DNA of 64,000 nucleotides from Synechococcales cyanobacterium VAR_4_metabat_354 (GTDB lineage Bacteria > Cyanobacteriota > Cyanobacteriia > Cyanobacteriales > Chamaesiphonaceae), in the NCBI GenBank assembly GCA_031414775.1, contig JANOQI010000035.1, positions 30,609 to 94,608 on the forward strand, in the 5' to 3' direction. A program made the translations under genes and the position numbers. How positions within the stretch are numbered: position 1 is the first letter of the stretch; every line of letters begins with the position of its first letter. The notes under the pieces are model-generated. The model searched no databases. It was not told where the DNA came from and was given only the letters and a program-made list of their open reading frames with translations. Below are positions 10,095 through 22,732 of this stretch, piece after piece.

Positions 10095-10925
10095 TTAGAC
10101 TAAATCCCGATCAGTCAAAATCTCATAGCCGTCTTTGGTAACTAACACCGTATGCTCAAACTGTGCTGACAGAGACTTGTCCAAAGTGACTGCCGTCCAC
10201 TTATCACCCAAGATTTTTACTTTATTAGAACCCTGGTTGATGATTGGTTCGATCGCAATCACCATCCCTTCGCGTAACTTGACATTAGGTAGCTCCCGAG
10301 TACGGAAGTTAAAGACAGCTGGTTCTTCATGGAGGTTGCGACCCACTCCATGACCAGTAAAATCTTCTACGACCGTACAGCCGTTAGCTTCTACATAGTC
10401 CTGGATGGCACCAGCCAAATCCATCAAATAAGCTCCAGCTTTAACTTGTTCGATGCCCTTGTACAAAGCTCCTTCTGCTACCTTCATCAAATGAGTAGCC
10501 TTATCGGATATCGGCCCTACCCCAATAGTGATACAGGAATCTCCGTGAAAACCCTGAAAGAAAGCGCCAGTATCAACTTTTAAAACATCGCCATTCCGAA
10601 TCACTTTCTTGGGGCTAGGAATGCCATGGACAACTTCATTGTTGATACTGGAGCAGATCGAGGCGGGAAAGCCTTGGTAGCCCTTGAAGCTAGGGGTAGC
10701 TCCCATTTCTCGAATCCGCTTTTCCGCATGAGCATCTAGATCGGCGGTAGTCATGCCGGGTTCCACCAGGGTCTGCATTTCTTTCAGCACCGTCGCGACA
10801 ATTTTGGAGGCTTGACGCATGATTTCGATCTCGCGCGCCGATTTTATCTCAATACCACGTCGCTGTTGTTTGGGCTGGGTCTTGGTTTGAGGATTGGCTA
10901 GCAGTAGATCGCTGAAAATATTCAT
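10095..10925 (-). CDS. map: Methionine aminopeptidase type I
   Basis: [22 protein letters not shown]-type [31 protein letters not shown]. Start placed at MNIFSDLL. Confidence 0.96.
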   Translation of the reverse strand: MNIFSDLLLANPQTKTQPKQQRRGIEIKSAREIEIMRQASKIVATVLKEMQTLVEPGMTTADLDAHAEKRIREMGATPSFKGYQGFPASICSSINNEVVHGIPSPKKVIRNGDVLKVDTGAFFQGFHGDSCITIGVGPISDKATHLMKVAEGALYKGIEQVKAGAYLMDLAGAIQDYVEANGCTVVEDFTGHGVGRNLHEEPAVFNFRTRELPNVKLREGMVIAIEPIINQGSNKVKILGDKWTAVTLDKSLSAQFEHTVLVTKDGYEILTDRDLV

Positions 10926-10966
10926 GGGCGAGGAGGTGTGATCGGTACAACTATTGTAACTTGGAT

Positions 10967-12766
10967 CTAACGGCTGGCCGATTTTTTGGCTAAGCCCAGC
11001 TGGACTCTCCACAAATTGGCGTAAATTTCCCCTTGATCGAGCAAGTCTTCGTGGGTTCCTCCTTCCACTACCTGGCCTTGTTCCATTACATAAATACAAT
11101 GGGCATGACGGAGAGTGGAAAGACGGTGAGCGATCGAGATGGTGGTGCGATTTTGGGTAATGATTTCTAACGAGCGCTGAATCGCCGCCTCTGTTTCGTT
11201 ATCGACCGCCGAGGTAGCTTCATCCAAGATCAAAATTGGCGGATCTTTGAGCACTGCTCGGGCAATGGCTAAGCGCTGGCGCTGACCACCAGACAGCTTT
11301 TGACCCCGTTCACCGACCAGAGTGTCGTAGCCCTGGGGAAGTTTTTGGATGAACTCATGTGCCTCAGCAATTTTGGCTGCTTCCTGCACTTTGTCAAAGT
11401 TAATGTGGGGCATCCCGTAGGCAATGTTTTCACGGACAGTACCATGAAACAAAAATACATCTTGGCTCACTAAACCAATATTCCGGCGCAAGTCATAGGT
11501 ATTTAATTCTCGGATATCGATGCCATCAACAGTGATTTTGCCATCTTGAATGTCGTACAAACGCAACAGGAGCTTGGCAATGGTACTTTTACCAGAGCCA
11601 GTCGCTCCGACAATGCCGATCGTTTTACCAGCGGGAACCATCATCGACAGTGACCGGAAGAGTTTGGGGTTGCCTTCGTAAGCAAATGCCACATCATCAA
11701 AAATCACCTCACCACGCACTTGATCGATCGTCTTGGTGCCACTATTTTCGATAGTTTTGTTGGTGTTCAGCAGTTCCATTACTCTTTTTACCGAAGCCAT
11801 CGAGCGTTGGTACAAGTCCAATGTTTCGCCCAGTCTGGTTAATGGCCACAGTAGGCGCTGCGTGAGGAAGACCAAGATGCTATAAACGGCTACCGGTAAA
11901 TTACCATTGACGGTCTCAAAACCACCATAGAGCAGCGTGGCCGTAAAACCACACAATACTAAAATCCGAATTAGAGGTACAAAAGCCGAGCTAATCGTGA
12001 TTGCTTTACGGTTACTTTGGCGATAGAACTCACTCTCTAGAGCAATTCGCCGCTGTTCATAAACTTCGGTGGTAAAGCTTTTGATGGTGGTAATCCCACC
12101 CAAATTATTAGACAACTGACTGTTCAGCATCCCGGCTTTTTCGCGGACATCGGCGTAATAAGGAGCCAACTTATCTTGAAACCAAATCGAACCAAAAATA
12201 ATAAAAGGGATGGGGATCACGGCAAACCAAGCCACTTGTGGTGCTAGAAAAAAGAAAGTCCCACCGATTGCTAGTACCGACACAGTCATCTGAATTATTT
12301 CATTGGCTCCACCATTCAAAAAACGTTCCAATTGGTTGATGTCATCGTTCAGAATCGACATCAAGTTACCAGTACTGGTGTTTTCAAAATAGGCTAAATC
12401 CATATCTTGCAGGTGACTATAGGCATCCAACCGCATTTCATGCTGAATATTTTGAGCAAAGTTCCGCCAGAGATGATTGGCAAAATACTGAGAAAGAGAT
12501 TCTAAACCCCAAATCACCACAGTGATCCCGGTTAGTAGATACAATTGCTGAGAAACTTCTGGAAAACCCAAACTCGCCAAAAAAGACTGTTTTTGCCTTA
12601 CCACCACATCGACAGCGGCACCAATTAGCACTTCGGGGGCAATGTCAAAAATTTTGTTCGCGATCGAGGCTACTATCGCTTGATTACTGGATAGTTTGTA
12701 GTTGGCGCCGTATTTTATTAACTGCTGTAGTGGTTCAGCTTGCTTGAAGGGTTTTGATTCAGCCAT
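10967..12766 (-). CDS. ABC exporter, fused TMD-NBD
   Basis: N-terminal TM helices, [36 protein letters not shown]. Confidence 0.95.
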   Translation of the reverse strand: MAESKPFKQAEPLQQLIKYGANYKLSSNQAIVASIANKIFDIAPEVLIGAAVDVVVRQKQSFLASLGFPEVSQQLYLLTGITVVIWGLESLSQYFANHLWRNFAQNIQHEMRLDAYSHLQDMDLAYFENTSTGNLMSILNDDINQLERFLNGGANEIIQMTVSVLAIGGTFFFLAPQVAWFAVIPIPFIIFGSIWFQDKLAPYYADVREKAGMLNSQLSNNLGGITTIKSFTTEVYEQRRIALESEFYRQSNRKAITISSAFVPLIRILVLCGFTATLLYGGFETVNGNLPVAVYSILVFLTQRLLWPLTRLGETLDLYQRSMASVKRVMELLNTNKTIENSGTKTIDQVRGEVIFDDVAFAYEGNPKLFRSLSMMVPAGKTIGIVGATGSGKSTIAKLLLRLYDIQDGKITVDGIDIRELNTYDLRRNIGLVSQDVFLFHGTVRENIAYGMPHINFDKVQEAAKIAEAHEFIQKLPQGYDTLVGERGQKLSGGQRQRLAIARAVLKDPPILILDEATSAVDNETEAAIQRSLEIITQNRTTISIAHRLSTLRHAHCIYVMEQGQVVEGGTHEDLLDQGEIYANLWRVQLGLAKKSASR

Positions 12767-12841
12767 ATATTTATTTGAAAAAGTTAGAGCTGTGATGCTA
12801 TTATACTTAGTTGCACAATTCGCTAAAATTTGGGAGTATTC

Positions 12842-13111
12842 ATGTCCTTAACGCAAGAGCGTAAACAAGAGATCATGTCGGAGCATCAGCGCCACGCTAC
12901 TGACACTGGTTCTGCTGATTTACAAGTTGCCATGCTCACTGATCGGATTAACCGTTTGAGCCTACACCTGAAGACCAACAAGAGCGACCATGCTTCACGC
13001 CGGGGTCTGCTGCAAATGATCAGTAATCGCAAGCGTTTACTAGCTTATATCCAAAGGGAAGAACTGTCTCGTTATCAAGCTTTGATTGCTCAACTGGGTA
13101 TTCGGGGTTAG
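12842..13111 (+). CDS. rpsO: 30S ribosomal protein S15
   Basis: HATDTGSADLQVAMLT, DHASRRGLL. Confidence 0.98.
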   Translation: MSLTQERKQEIMSEHQRHATDTGSADLQVAMLTDRINRLSLHLKTNKSDHASRRGLLQMISNRKRLLAYIQREELSRYQALIAQLGIRG

Positions 13112-13209
13112 GCGAACTAGGGAGTTCGCCACAGTTCAGTCGGACTCCCACTTCCATGATTATTGTTATATTTTAAAAAATCGTTAAATATCCTCAAGAA
13201 ATTATAAAT

Positions 13210-13662
13210 ATGACTGAAGAATCGCGCAAATCTTTACCATTTGAGCCAGGTACTAATAAGCTTCGCACCCCTGTGGCTAAGCGCAAGCCGGTGATTATGA
13301 ATAAGCCGGAGCGTGATTCTTCCGCGTTAGAAGCTAGCCGCATTCCTGATGTGGTGGGTAAAAGAATGATTTCTAGGTCGGTGGTACTTTCTGGTGCCCC
13401 CACGGTGTTGGGGATGTTGGTATTCATTGGCAGCTATTTTGCGATCAAGTACGGGATCAAACTGCCAAATGTATTAGTTTTGTTCGCCAGCATGGGCTGT
13501 TTGGGTCTGGGAGTATTGGGTTTAAGCTACGGCATTTTGTCGGCTTCGTGGGAAGAAGATCAAGATGGTACTTGGCTGGGTCTAGAGGAATTTAAACTGA
13601 ATTTTGGCCGGATGAGGGCGGGTTATAAAAAATCTAATGAACTACGGAAAGATTTGCCGTAA
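13210..13662 (+). CDS. PAM68-family photosystem II assembly protein
   Basis: IPDVVGKRM, two TM helices, GLSYGILSASWEE. Located directly after rpsO. Confidence 0.9.
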   Translation: MTEESRKSLPFEPGTNKLRTPVAKRKPVIMNKPERDSSALEASRIPDVVGKRMISRSVVLSGAPTVLGMLVFIGSYFAIKYGIKLPNVLVLFASMGCLGLGVLGLSYGILSASWEEDQDGTWLGLEEFKLNFGRMRAGYKKSNELRKDLP

Positions 13663-13735
13663 TAACCTCACTCACCACCAGTGACGGGATGAGGGTTAAG
13701 ATGTAGGGTAGATTTAGACCTGAAGAAATAGCCTT

Positions 13736-14377
13736 ATGGTACAAGCTCCTTACTACGGTGATAGCGCTTATCGCACCCCACCTCCAGACTTAGCTTCTCT
13801 GATTTTGAAGGAGCGCATTATTTATCTCGGTATGCCCTTGTACTCGGATGTTACTAGCCTCATCATGGCTCAGTTGCTTTATCTACAGTTTGATAACCCC
13901 GAAAAACCAATATTTTTCTATATCAACTCGACGGGGACTTCTGGGTATGGTGGCGAGGCGCTAGCTTATGAAACTGAAGCCTTTGCAATCTGTGACACTA
14001 TGGCTTATGTCAAACCCCCCATCCATACGATTTGTATTGGTCAGGCGATGGGTACTGCGGCCATGATTCTCTCTTGTGGCAGTAAGGGCTGCCGAGCTAG
14101 TCTGCCCCATGGCACGATTATCTTAAATCAGTCTCGGACTGGTACTGGGCGAGGACAGGCTACTGATATTCAGATTCGGGCTAAGGAAGTTTTAGACAAC
14201 AAAGCTACGATGCTGGATATTTTGGCTAAAAATACCGGCCAAACCTCTGAAAAAATTTCTAAAGATATTGAGCGAACTTTTTATCTCACTCCCGAACAGG
14301 CCAAGGAATATGGTCTGATCGATCGAGTTTTAGAAAGCGCTAAAGATCTGCCCACCGCCCTGCCTATTGCTGTCTAA
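13736..14377 (+). CDS. clpR: Non-catalytic Clp protease subunit ClpR
   Basis: RTPPPDLASLILKERIIYLG. Catalytic Ser and His are absent (GQAMGTAA, IILNQ). Confidence 0.92.
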   Translation: MVQAPYYGDSAYRTPPPDLASLILKERIIYLGMPLYSDVTSLIMAQLLYLQFDNPEKPIFFYINSTGTSGYGGEALAYETEAFAICDTMAYVKPPIHTICIGQAMGTAAMILSCGSKGCRASLPHGTIILNQSRTGTGRGQATDIQIRAKEVLDNKATMLDILAKNTGQTSEKISKDIERTFYLTPEQAKEYGLIDRVLESAKDLPTALPIAV

Positions 14378-14391
14378 ATTCTGGAGAACTT

Positions 14392-15021
14392 ATGGCGTTG
14401 CGCGTTCCCTACAATATCCCTGGCAGCCAACAGTGGCAGTGGATGGAAATCTTCGATCGACTAGGGCAAGAGCGGATTATCTTTCTTAATCAGACTCTGA
14501 CTACTAGCTTGGCGAATTCCTTGATCGCTTCCATGTTGTACCTGGAGTCTGATGACAACAACAAGCCGATTTGTTTGTACATCAATTCCTATGGTGATCC
14601 GGTGGCCACTGGTGAAGCGGACGAGTCGGCGGGCTTTATGTCGGTGATTGCGGCTCTGTCGATTTATGACACTATGCAGCATCTCAAATCCGAGATTATC
14701 ACGATTTGTTTAGGGCAATCGATCGGCCTATCGAATGTGATTCTTTCCTCTGGCTCCAAGGGTAAGAGAGCGAGTTTACCTAACTCGATGCTGGCTTTGA
14801 GTCAGCCTTACAGTGGGATGAGTGGTCAGGCTACCGATATTCAGGTGAATGCTGCCGAAACGGTAGCTAAGCGGGAATTAATCGCGGAGATTTTGGCGCG
14901 GAATACTGGTAAGTCGGTAACGCAGATTAATCGAGATATGCAGCGGATGTTTTATATGTCGCCAGCTGAAGCTCAAGAATATGGACTGATCGATCGGGTG
15001 CTAAATAGCTCGAAGCCTTAG
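14392..15021 (+). CDS. Second ClpP-like subunit lacking catalytic Ser/His (ClpR-like)
   Basis: ERIIFL, LYINSYG, IYDTMQH, GQATDIQ. GQSIGLS replaces GLAASMG and LALSQP replaces IMIHQP. Confidence 0.85.
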   Translation: MALRVPYNIPGSQQWQWMEIFDRLGQERIIFLNQTLTTSLANSLIASMLYLESDDNNKPICLYINSYGDPVATGEADESAGFMSVIAALSIYDTMQHLKSEIITICLGQSIGLSNVILSSGSKGKRASLPNSMLALSQPYSGMSGQATDIQVNAAETVAKRELIAEILARNTGKSVTQINRDMQRMFYMSPAEAQEYGLIDRVLNSSKP

Positions 15022-15049
15022 TTGTAATTATTAATTTGGAGATTTTGTT

Positions 15050-15670
15050 ATGCCAATTGGTATTCCTAGCGTTCCTTATAAGCTGCCTGGTAGCACTTAT
15101 GAGCAGTGGATTGGCATTTATGATCGTCTGTTCCGAGAACGGATCATCTTTTTGACGCAAGAAGTAGATGATAAGATGGCCAACTCAATTGTGGCTTACC
15201 TTTTGTATTTAGATTCAGAAGATAGCTCGAAGCCGATCTATCTCTATATCAATTCGCCTGGTGGCTCTGTTACAGCTGGTATGGCCATCTATGACACCAT
15301 GCAGCACATTAAATCTGAAGTGGTAACCATTTGTGTTGGTTTAGCTGCTTCGATGGGTTCTTTTTTGCTGATGGCTGGTACTAAGAACAGACGATTGTCT
15401 CTGCCTCATTCTCGCATTATGATTCACCAGCCTTCTGGTGGTGCACGTGGTCAGGCCACTGATATCGAAATTGAAGCGCGAGAAATTGTGCGGCTACGTG
15501 CTCAGCTCAATGGTGAGTATGCTAAGAAAACCGGTCAACCATTGGAGAGAATTGAGCGGGATATGGATCGGGACTTTTTTATGTCTCCCCATGAAGCAAA
15601 GGAATATGGGCTGATCGATCAAGTAATTGAAACCCGGCTGTCACCGACTGAGATTCAAGCTAAATACTAG
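15050..15670 (+). CDS. clpP: ATP-dependent Clp protease proteolytic subunit (ClpP3 type)
   Basis: [16 protein letters not shown] (Ser), IMIHQP (His), DRDFFMS (Asp). Confidence 0.97.
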   Translation: MPIGIPSVPYKLPGSTYEQWIGIYDRLFRERIIFLTQEVDDKMANSIVAYLLYLDSEDSSKPIYLYINSPGGSVTAGMAIYDTMQHIKSEVVTICVGLAASMGSFLLMAGTKNRRLSLPHSRIMIHQPSGGARGQATDIEIEAREIVRLRAQLNGEYAKKTGQPLERIERDMDRDFFMSPHEAKEYGLIDQVIETRLSPTEIQAKY

Positions 15671-15687
15671 AGCCTTCAGACACTTTT

Positions 15688-15717
15688 TAAAAATCCTCCA
15701 CTACTGGGGGATTTTTA
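15688..15717 (+). terminator. Intrinsic terminator after the clp genes
   Basis: TAAAAATCCTCCA-CTAC-TGGGGGATTTTTA. Confidence 0.8.
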
Positions 15718-15812
15718 ATGGATGATTCTTGTGCTTGTTCCTAGATCTTGCTGTTCTAGTTCTTGGTATAGTCTATCTAACGCTAACCGAACGACTGAGC
15801 TTTATCTAGACT

Positions 15813-16661
15813 ATGTTTCATCATATTCCCGTCCTCGCTAATGAAATTATCACGGGGCTACAAGTCATTCCGGGCGGTTGTTATTTAGATGCGACTACTG
15901 GCGGCGGCGGCCATAGTGAATTAATTTTGCAAGCAGCTAGTGATGTGCAGTTAGTGGCAATCGATCGAGATCAGCAAGCTTTAACCGCTGCCCAAGCACG
16001 ATTGGAACCTTATGGCCAGCAGGTTACTTTTTGGCAGGGCAATTATGCCGACTACCAGCCCGATCAACCTTTCGATGGCATTATTGCTGATTTAGGAGTC
16101 AGCTCCGTGCATTTAGATGTCGCTGAACGGGGCTTTAGCTTTCGCAACGAAGCACCCTTAGACATGCGTATGGATTGCCGCCAAGATCTCACTGCGGCCG
16201 ACATTGTGAACCAGTGGGACGAGAAGGAGTTGGCCGATATCTTCTACAAGTACGGTGAAGAACGTTTATCAAGACAAATTGCCCGCCGGATTGTCGAGCA
16301 ACGACCTTTTTACACCACCACGGCTTTAGCCGAAACTATCAGTTACGCGGTACCCAAATCTTATCGCTATGGCCGAATTCATCCTGCAACTCGATCGTTC
16401 CAAGCTCTGCGCATTGCGGTGAATGAGGAATTAAGTTCCCTAGAAAAGTTTTTAGCAGTGACACCAAACTGGTTGAAAACTGGTGGCCATATAGGTATCA
16501 TCAGCTTTCATAGCCTAGAAGATCGAATGATTAAACACACTTGGCGTGAGGATGATGCGCTAAAAGTATTAACCAAAAAACCGATTATTGCGCAAGATAT
16601 CGAAACCGCTGAAAATCCGCGTGCTCGTTCGGCCAAGCTCCGTTGGGTCGAAAAGATATAA
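15813..16661 (+). CDS. rsmH: 16S rRNA m4C1402 methyltransferase
   Basis: [64 protein letters not shown]. Confidence 0.98.
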   Translation: MFHHIPVLANEIITGLQVIPGGCYLDATTGGGGHSELILQAASDVQLVAIDRDQQALTAAQARLEPYGQQVTFWQGNYADYQPDQPFDGIIADLGVSSVHLDVAERGFSFRNEAPLDMRMDCRQDLTAADIVNQWDEKELADIFYKYGEERLSRQIARRIVEQRPFYTTTALAETISYAVPKSYRYGRIHPATRSFQALRIAVNEELSSLEKFLAVTPNWLKTGGHIGIISFHSLEDRMIKHTWREDDALKVLTKKPIIAQDIETAENPRARSAKLRWVEKI

Positions 16662-16714
16662 CTTGGTGCGGTGAGTTTTTGTCTAGGCTGGAGAAAATTA
16701 CATCCCCGCAACGG

Positions 16715-19700
16715 TTAAGGCTGGAGTGGCTCAGTGACTGGACGGACGATCGGCGGGGGGACAGATGTTGGGGAAGATTTAAAAATGGCTGTTAATGCCT
16801 GTGCGAGTGTTTTCGCCATCACAATCCGGTTTTCATAAGCCACAATTACCCGAATCAGAGTTGGTAGTTTGTTCTGAGTTGCTTCCAGATAGAGGGGTTC
16901 AACGTATAGCAAGGATTGATCGTTAGTGGAGCCTTTGGCCACAGAAATCGGCACGATTAAGAGGTTGCCCTGAATTACCCTCGAACCTTGACGATTCCAC
17001 AGGGAAATCTGCTGGGAAATCACTGGATCTTGATTAATCCGCGCTTCGATTTGTTCGGGACCATAGACCAGTCGTTGCTTGGGAAAGGTGTAGAGCAGTA
17101 GCTTGCCGTAGTTTTCACCATCGGAGCGAGCTGCTAACCAAGCGACCAAATTGGTGCGCTGTTGGGGCGTATAAGGCAGCAGTAGAATGAATTCTTCAAA
17201 GGGGACAGTTGGTAAACTGGTAATTAGATAGTAAGGCTCTACCAAGCGGGGTTGGTCACCGTAGACTTCGGTGGGAATTTGCCACTGATCTTCCCGATTG
17301 TAAAATACCTGGGGGTCGGTCATGTGGTAGGTCATCAAGCGTTCTGATTGAATCTTGAAGAAGTCTGCGGGGTACCGGAGGTGAGACCTTAGGCTCACGG
17401 GCATTGCACTTAATGGCTTGAATAAATCGGGAAAAATCTTCGACCAAGTGGTGACGATCGGATCGCTAGGATCGGTGATGTAGAAATTGACCGAGCCATG
17501 ATAGGCATCGATGACCACTTTAACTGAGTTGCGAATATAGTTGATTCCTTCTTTGCCCACATCGGAATAAGGATAACGATCGCTTGTGGTGTAAGCATCG
17601 ACAATCCAGTATAGATAGCTGGGATCTTGGGCATCTTTGGGGTTAGATCTGGCATCCGCTGCCACTAGGTAGGGGTCTCGATCGAATCTCAAGAAGGGGG
17701 CGATCGATCGAATCCGCCGATTCAAGTTCCGTCGGAATAGCAGCTTGGTTTCTGGCAAAAACTCCGGTGTTAACACCATGCGCCAGTCATTCAAATATTT
17801 CGCAAACAGCAATCGCCGCCCAGGCGAACTAATATTAATGCCACCGCGACCATCGTAGACATTATAAACATTGTCATTGCCGCTGGGATAGTCTAACTCC
17901 TTGACTTTGGTGCCAGTCATGATGTAGGTATTGGTATTTTCCCCGTAATAAATGCGGGGTTGACCGATCGGAATACTCTGGCGCACTGCGGCGCTAGCCG
18001 TGGTGAGGGGACTTCCGGCGGTAATGCCAATATCTTTAACCAAGTATTCCGGTAATCCATCTGGAGCCACCCGATTTACCGGACTAACAGTAAAGCCATA
18101 CCCGTGGGTGTAGATCAGATGTTGGTTGACCCAAGTTTGGGCTTGCTTGGGTACGGCAGTATATTCTAATTCTCGTGCCGAAATCAGGACTTGTTGGGGT
18201 TCTAAAGCAATTTTGGGTGGCGGATTCGGTGGAATTTGATTCTCAATTTGGGGGGCTGTTGATGAGCTAATTTTAGGTGCAGTGGGCGGTTCGCTAGCTA
18301 AGAGATATCGATCGATATCAGCATCAGGAAACCGGTAGTACAGGCGAATTTGTTGCAGTTCGCGATTGGTAGCGAGTAAAGGTTCCTGATCCCAAAGGCG
18401 TATATTTCGCATCGTTCGATCGTTTGCCTGAATCGTTTGCTCGGTTAGATTGTCTTGGGGATTAAAAGTTTGAGCATCAATTTTATCTAACCCGAAAGCC
18501 TGGCGGGTCATCTTGATCGTACGTTGAATATAGGGTGTTTCTCGGGCTAATTCGTTAGGCTGCACCACCAGCGACTGAACTGCCATCGGTATAACAGTGC
18601 TGGTGACGAGCGCTAGTCCTAAATCCAGTCCGATCGCGAGTAGCATCAATTTCCACCTGAGTAGATGACGAGTAGCAGAAATCGTCCCCCAGAAGCAGTA
18701 GCCCGCGATCGCCAAGGCTAAAATGCCCAACCCACCGTAGGCTGGCAATTGCACCACAATATCGGTATAGCTAGCCCCATAGGATACGCCACGAGGTGAA
18801 TACAACAACTCATAGCAGCTCATCCCATAGCTGAAACCCACAACCAGCATCAAGCTACCGCCCACCCCATAGAGATGGCGTTGCTGCTGGCGAGAAAATC
18901 CTCCAAATCGCCCCTGGCTCAAACTATCGCCAGCGAGTAAATAGGTCAGGAGGACAGCAATAAACCCATATAAACAACCACCGATTAGCCAGAATTCCAG
19001 CAGCTCGCCCACTGGGAGGCTAAATACATATAAGCTAATATCCTGACCAAAAACGGGGTCATGGCGGTTAAAAGCAGTGGCTTGAAAGTAGGGGAGTATT
19101 CTCATCCACTGACGAGATAGCACCGTAGCCATGAGGATACTCAAGATCGGCGCAATCGCCCGTAGCAGCAAGCGTGGGTAAACGAGAATCGCGATCGCCA
19201 GAACCACTACTCCAAAGGTTATCCAGCCATGGACGAGCAGCTGCTTGGCCAATTGCCAAATTAGTTCGGGGCGAAATAGAACTGGCGCTGGGGGGATAAC
19301 ACTGGGCAGATTAGGATCAATCTGCCATTGATCGATCGCCATCTGGCCATAATGAACCAAAATCAACCCGATCAGCAGGCTCAAACCCAGCGTTAAGGGC
19401 AGCAGCCAGCGGAGGGCAAAAGGACGGGTGTGAGACGAAATTTGCTGGCGATCTAGTGCTAGTTCGGGAGATTTCAACCGTTGTGCTAGTGCTAAATTAC
19501 CTAGCAAATAGATGGCAGTGAGCGTAAATACAACTACTCCCAATAGCCCTTGCGTGCCCAGCCGCCGTAAATACATCGGCAGGTAGCCTAGTTCTTGAAA
19601 CCATAATATCTCTGCGCTCAGACGCGCCCCGATGTCTACAACTAGCCCTAGCACCAGGATTATAACTATCGATCGCCAGTAGCGTTGGAGAGGGTTAGCT

Positions 19701-19723
19701 GGCGGCGGGGTTGATAATACCAT
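16715..19723 (-). CDS. UPF0182-family membrane protein
   Basis: [65 protein letters not shown]. Confidence 0.93.
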   Translation of the reverse strand: MVLSTPPPANPLQRYWRSIVIILVLGLVVDIGARLSAEILWFQELGYLPMYLRRLGTQGLLGVVVFTLTAIYLLGNLALAQRLKSPELALDRQQISSHTRPFALRWLLPLTLGLSLLIGLILVHYGQMAIDQWQIDPNLPSVIPPAPVLFRPELIWQLAKQLLVHGWITFGVVVLAIAILVYPRLLLRAIAPILSILMATVLSRQWMRILPYFQATAFNRHDPVFGQDISLYVFSLPVGELLEFWLIGGCLYGFIAVLLTYLLAGDSLSQGRFGGFSRQQQRHLYGVGGSLMLVVGFSYGMSCYELLYSPRGVSYGASYTDIVVQLPAYGGLGILALAIAGYCFWGTISATRHLLRWKLMLLAIGLDLGLALVTSTVIPMAVQSLVVQPNELARETPYIQRTIKMTRQAFGLDKIDAQTFNPQDNLTEQTIQANDRTMRNIRLWDQEPLLATNRELQQIRLYYRFPDADIDRYLLASEPPTAPKISSSTAPQIENQIPPNPPPKIALEPQQVLISARELEYTAVPKQAQTWVNQHLIYTHGYGFTVSPVNRVAPDGLPEYLVKDIGITAGSPLTTASAAVRQSIPIGQPRIYYGENTNTYIMTGTKVKELDYPSGNDNVYNVYDGRGGINISSPGRRLLFAKYLNDWRMVLTPEFLPETKLLFRRNLNRRIRSIAPFLRFDRDPYLVAADARSNPKDAQDPSYLYWIVDAYTTSDRYPYSDVGKEGINYIRNSVKVVIDAYHGSVNFYITDPSDPIVTTWSKIFPDLFKPLSAMPVSLRSHLRYPADFFKIQSERLMTYHMTDPQVFYNREDQWQIPTEVYGDQPRLVEPYYLITSLPTVPFEEFILLLPYTPQQRTNLVAWLAARSDGENYGKLLLYTFPKQRLVYGPEQIEARINQDPVISQQISLWNRQGSRVIQGNLLIVPISVAKGSTNDQSLLYVEPLYLEATQNKLPTLIRVIVAYENRIVMAKTLAQALTAIFKSSPTSVPPPIVRPVTEPLQP

Positions 19724-19852
19724 TTTTGGAGATTGTTGATATACCTGATAGTAAACTATCGATCGCAGTTGCCAACAATCCAGGAATTCTAGAAATCTGC
19801 CCAGATAAAGGGGGTGAAAAATTTATTCACCACTATACCTTTAACACTTAAA

Positions 19853-21694
19853 TTAATCGGTAGGTGGATTGATCGGAGGGGCAGAATTGTTAGAAACCCC
19901 TCCCCGTAAAGCTACCGCTCCTAGCATTCCAGTGGCCATGAGCATGGCCAACAATCCTACCCATACTTGGGATTTACTCTTGGTCGGTTGAGCCGTAACT
20001 GTATGGGGGCTAGGCAACATCAAGGTGTCCACTGGTGCTAGATCGATCGATTGGCCAGGATGATCTAGTCCGGTTAATTGCCCCGCTTCGCGCGGTTGCT
20101 GTACTCGACAATGCAGTAGCGCCACCGTGACATTGTCATGACCATTGAGATTATTCGCAGTGTTGATCAAACGATGGCTAGCAGCAATCAAATCAATCTT
20201 ACCTTCGAGAATCGGCAAGATATCGTTCTGCCAAAACTGCTCAACGCGATTGTTGTCACTCAATCCGTCTGAACACAGCAGAAAAATACATTCTTCATCA
20301 ATAATTAAACGCTGTACGGCTGGGTACAGGTGAGTTGAAGAATTCATGCCCAAGGCTTGAAAAAGAGACCCCGCAGAAGGAATGGTTAGCGCCTCCCGAT
20401 AAAGACTGTAGCCCAGTCGCACTTCACGAGTCGCTAAATCATCATCTAAAGTAATTTGCTGACAAGCACTGCGGGTAATGCGATAGATACGACTATCCCC
20501 AATATTAGCAATATAAACTTCATGGCCATGAATTAAGGTCATGGCCATCGTAGTACCCATCCGCTGGCGTTCTTGGCGACTTTCGCTGTCGTTGCGCAGA
20601 CTAATTAGGTCATTAGCCACACAGATCGAAGTAGAAATTTGGCTAGCGATCGACTCCGGATTACGGTTCTCTGGCTTGTCCAAAACGTTTTCTAGTCGGT
20701 TACGGATAGTTTCGATCGCCAGGCCAGAAGCAATTTCACCCCCCTGATGTCCACCAACACCATCACATACTAGGACTAGACTCAGGTCATAACCTGTTTT
20801 GTGCACTGGTGCGTCACCACTGGGAGGATAGCAAGAATCTTCATTTTGATGACGCTTTGGTCCAGTATGGCTCAAAGTCAAATATTCACATTCTAAAAAC
20901 TGGCGTTGGCCATTGATCGCTAAGGCATGATCCAAAAATGCGATCAATTCCTCCGGCTCCTTGATCTCGCCTTCGATTAAGCCCTGGCAGATTTTTTCAA
21001 CAGCTGGTGCCGCTCCTAATCGAGTGTTTTTCAGCCATTTTTGCCACATGCGACCTAAATCAGCAAATGTAGGAGCGTTAGTATTACCCGAAAACTCTAA
21101 AATCTTGATAATGCCTTGATCAACTCGTAGTAAATGAGCATTGAGTAGAGTACCAGCTACGCCCTCTTCCATTAGTGGTGTCCAAAGACGGGCAATTTGC
21201 CAGAGCCAGTTTAACTGACGCATCGAACCAGCTGTCTTCCAAGCCGATTCGATATCTGGCATCAATTGACCAGAGAGATTCCTGGTTAAGTTACTACTAT
21301 AAATGGGAGGATTTTCTAATAGCCAAATCGGATTGCTCCGCCGACCCGTCCGGAACCCGGCCATTGAGCCATAAATTTGGGGAATATGCAGTTTATAAGG
21401 CAGCAAACGCAAATATTTAGCAATTTCATTTGTTACTTTTTCACTAATTTCCAACTTCATCGCTGGCTTAGTGTCTAGAATAGTTTTTTTATTAACTAGT
21501 AAGTAGCGACTGTTCAAAACTTGCCCAACTGGAAAATTATTTATTTCTTCACCTATTGCCCATAGGTAAACCTTCGGAATAGGAAAACGGCAATGAGCAC
21601 AAAAACTCTGGCTCAATTGGTTAGGAGCATGACATTCGGGATTAGGGCAGATAATTGTTGCCGCCATAGTTTTCACAGGAGGTTGTTTCTCCAT
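19853..21694 (-). CDS. PP2C-family Ser/Thr phosphatase with N-terminal Zn-ribbon/kinase-like region and C-terminal TM helix
   Basis: CPNPEC..FCAHC, GPKRHQNED, VCDGVGGHQGGEIAS, RMGTT, NIGDSRIY, LLCSDGLSD, GHDNVT. Confidence 0.9.
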   Translation of the reverse strand: MEKQPPVKTMAATIICPNPECHAPNQLSQSFCAHCRFPIPKVYLWAIGEEINNFPVGQVLNSRYLLVNKKTILDTKPAMKLEISEKVTNEIAKYLRLLPYKLHIPQIYGSMAGFRTGRRSNPIWLLENPPIYSSNLTRNLSGQLMPDIESAWKTAGSMRQLNWLWQIARLWTPLMEEGVAGTLLNAHLLRVDQGIIKILEFSGNTNAPTFADLGRMWQKWLKNTRLGAAPAVEKICQGLIEGEIKEPEELIAFLDHALAINGQRQFLECEYLTLSHTGPKRHQNEDSCYPPSGDAPVHKTGYDLSLVLVCDGVGGHQGGEIASGLAIETIRNRLENVLDKPENRNPESIASQISTSICVANDLISLRNDSESRQERQRMGTTMAMTLIHGHEVYIANIGDSRIYRITRSACQQITLDDDLATREVRLGYSLYREALTIPSAGSLFQALGMNSSTHLYPAVQRLIIDEECIFLLCSDGLSDNNRVEQFWQNDILPILEGKIDLIAASHRLINTANNLNGHDNVTVALLHCRVQQPREAGQLTGLDHPGQSIDLAPVDTLMLPSPHTVTAQPTKSKSQVWVGLLAMLMATGMLGAVALRGGVSNNSAPPINPPTD

Positions 21695-21838
21695 TCGGCT
21701 TAGGTGAAGTTAGATATCTTGATTTGGGCTGGTGATAAGCAGTAAAGAAAGTTTTACAATCGATACTTAGCGCTGGGGGTTACCGACTACTTCAGTCAGT
21801 TTAACTTTAAAATTCTCCTTACATATATATTTATTCCC

Positions 21839-22732
21839 ATGATTTACCCTTGTGCACCACCTCCCCCTTTGCAAATGGGAGATTTACTACGGGTAGTCGC
21901 GCCCAGTGGTCGTTTGCGCGAAACTACTTTGTTAGCGGCTGGGGTGGAATTATGGCAGGAGCAAGGATATCAGGTTCAGATTGACCATGATGGCAGTGAT
22001 GGCTGGGGATATTTAGCCCAAAGCGATCAGCAGCGGCGGCAATATCTGGCCGATGCTTGGGCAGATTCCCAATGCAAAGGTATTTTGTGTGTACGGGGTG
22101 GTTATGGCGGGGCGCGGTTGCTGGAAGATTGGCAGTGGCCAACAACAACACCCAAATGGCTGATTGGTTTTTCCGATATTACCAGTCTGCTGTGGAGCTT
22201 AGCTCAACAGGGTGTATCTGGTTTGCATGGCCCGGTACTGACGACCCTCGCCACGGAACCAAAGTGGTCGCGACAACGCTTGTTTGATTGGGTCGCGGGG
22301 CGGGGGGTTGCCCCTCTAACTGGCCAAAGTTGGCAGGAGGGGAAAGTACAAGGTGTTTTACTGCCAGCTAATTTAACGGTGGCGACTCACTTATTGCATA
22401 CGCCGATCCAGCCGCCGCTAGCCGGGGTGATTTTAGCGATCGAAGATGTCACCGAGGCACCCTATCGGATCGATCGAATGTTGACTCAATGGCGACTGAG
22501 TGGTTTACTGCAACAGGTGAGTGGGATTGCGGTGGGTCGGTTTAGTCAGTGCGAGGCCGCACCTGGCTCGCCTAGTTTGACTGTGGAGGAGGTGCTGCGC
22601 GATCGGCTGGGGGATTTAGGGATTCCGATTGTGGCCGATTTGCCCTTTGGTCATGATGGCTGTAATGCCAGTCTGCCGGTAGGAGTGATGGCTACTTTGG
22701 ATGGAGACCTGGGAGAACTATCGATTGGCTAA
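21839..22732 (+). CDS. LD-carboxypeptidase (peptidase S66)
   Basis: [41 protein letters not shown]. Confidence 0.93.
   Translation: MIYPCAPPPPLQMGDLLRVVAPSGRLRETTLLAAGVELWQEQGYQVQIDHDGSDGWGYLAQSDQQRRQYLADAWADSQCKGILCVRGGYGGARLLEDWQWPTTTPKWLIGFSDITSLLWSLAQQGVSGLHGPVLTTLATEPKWSRQRLFDWVAGRGVAPLTGQSWQEGKVQGVLLPANLTVATHLLHTPIQPPLAGVILAIEDVTEAPYRIDRMLTQWRLSGLLQQVSGIAVGRFSQCEAAPGSPSLTVEEVLRDRLGDLGIPIVADLPFGHDGCNASLPVGVMATLDGDLGELSIG

Noticed and set aside
10926..11099. N-terminal extension of map given by the ORF track
   Set aside because: It overlaps the ABC transporter 3' end in another frame. MNIFSDLL at 10925 is the more plausible start.
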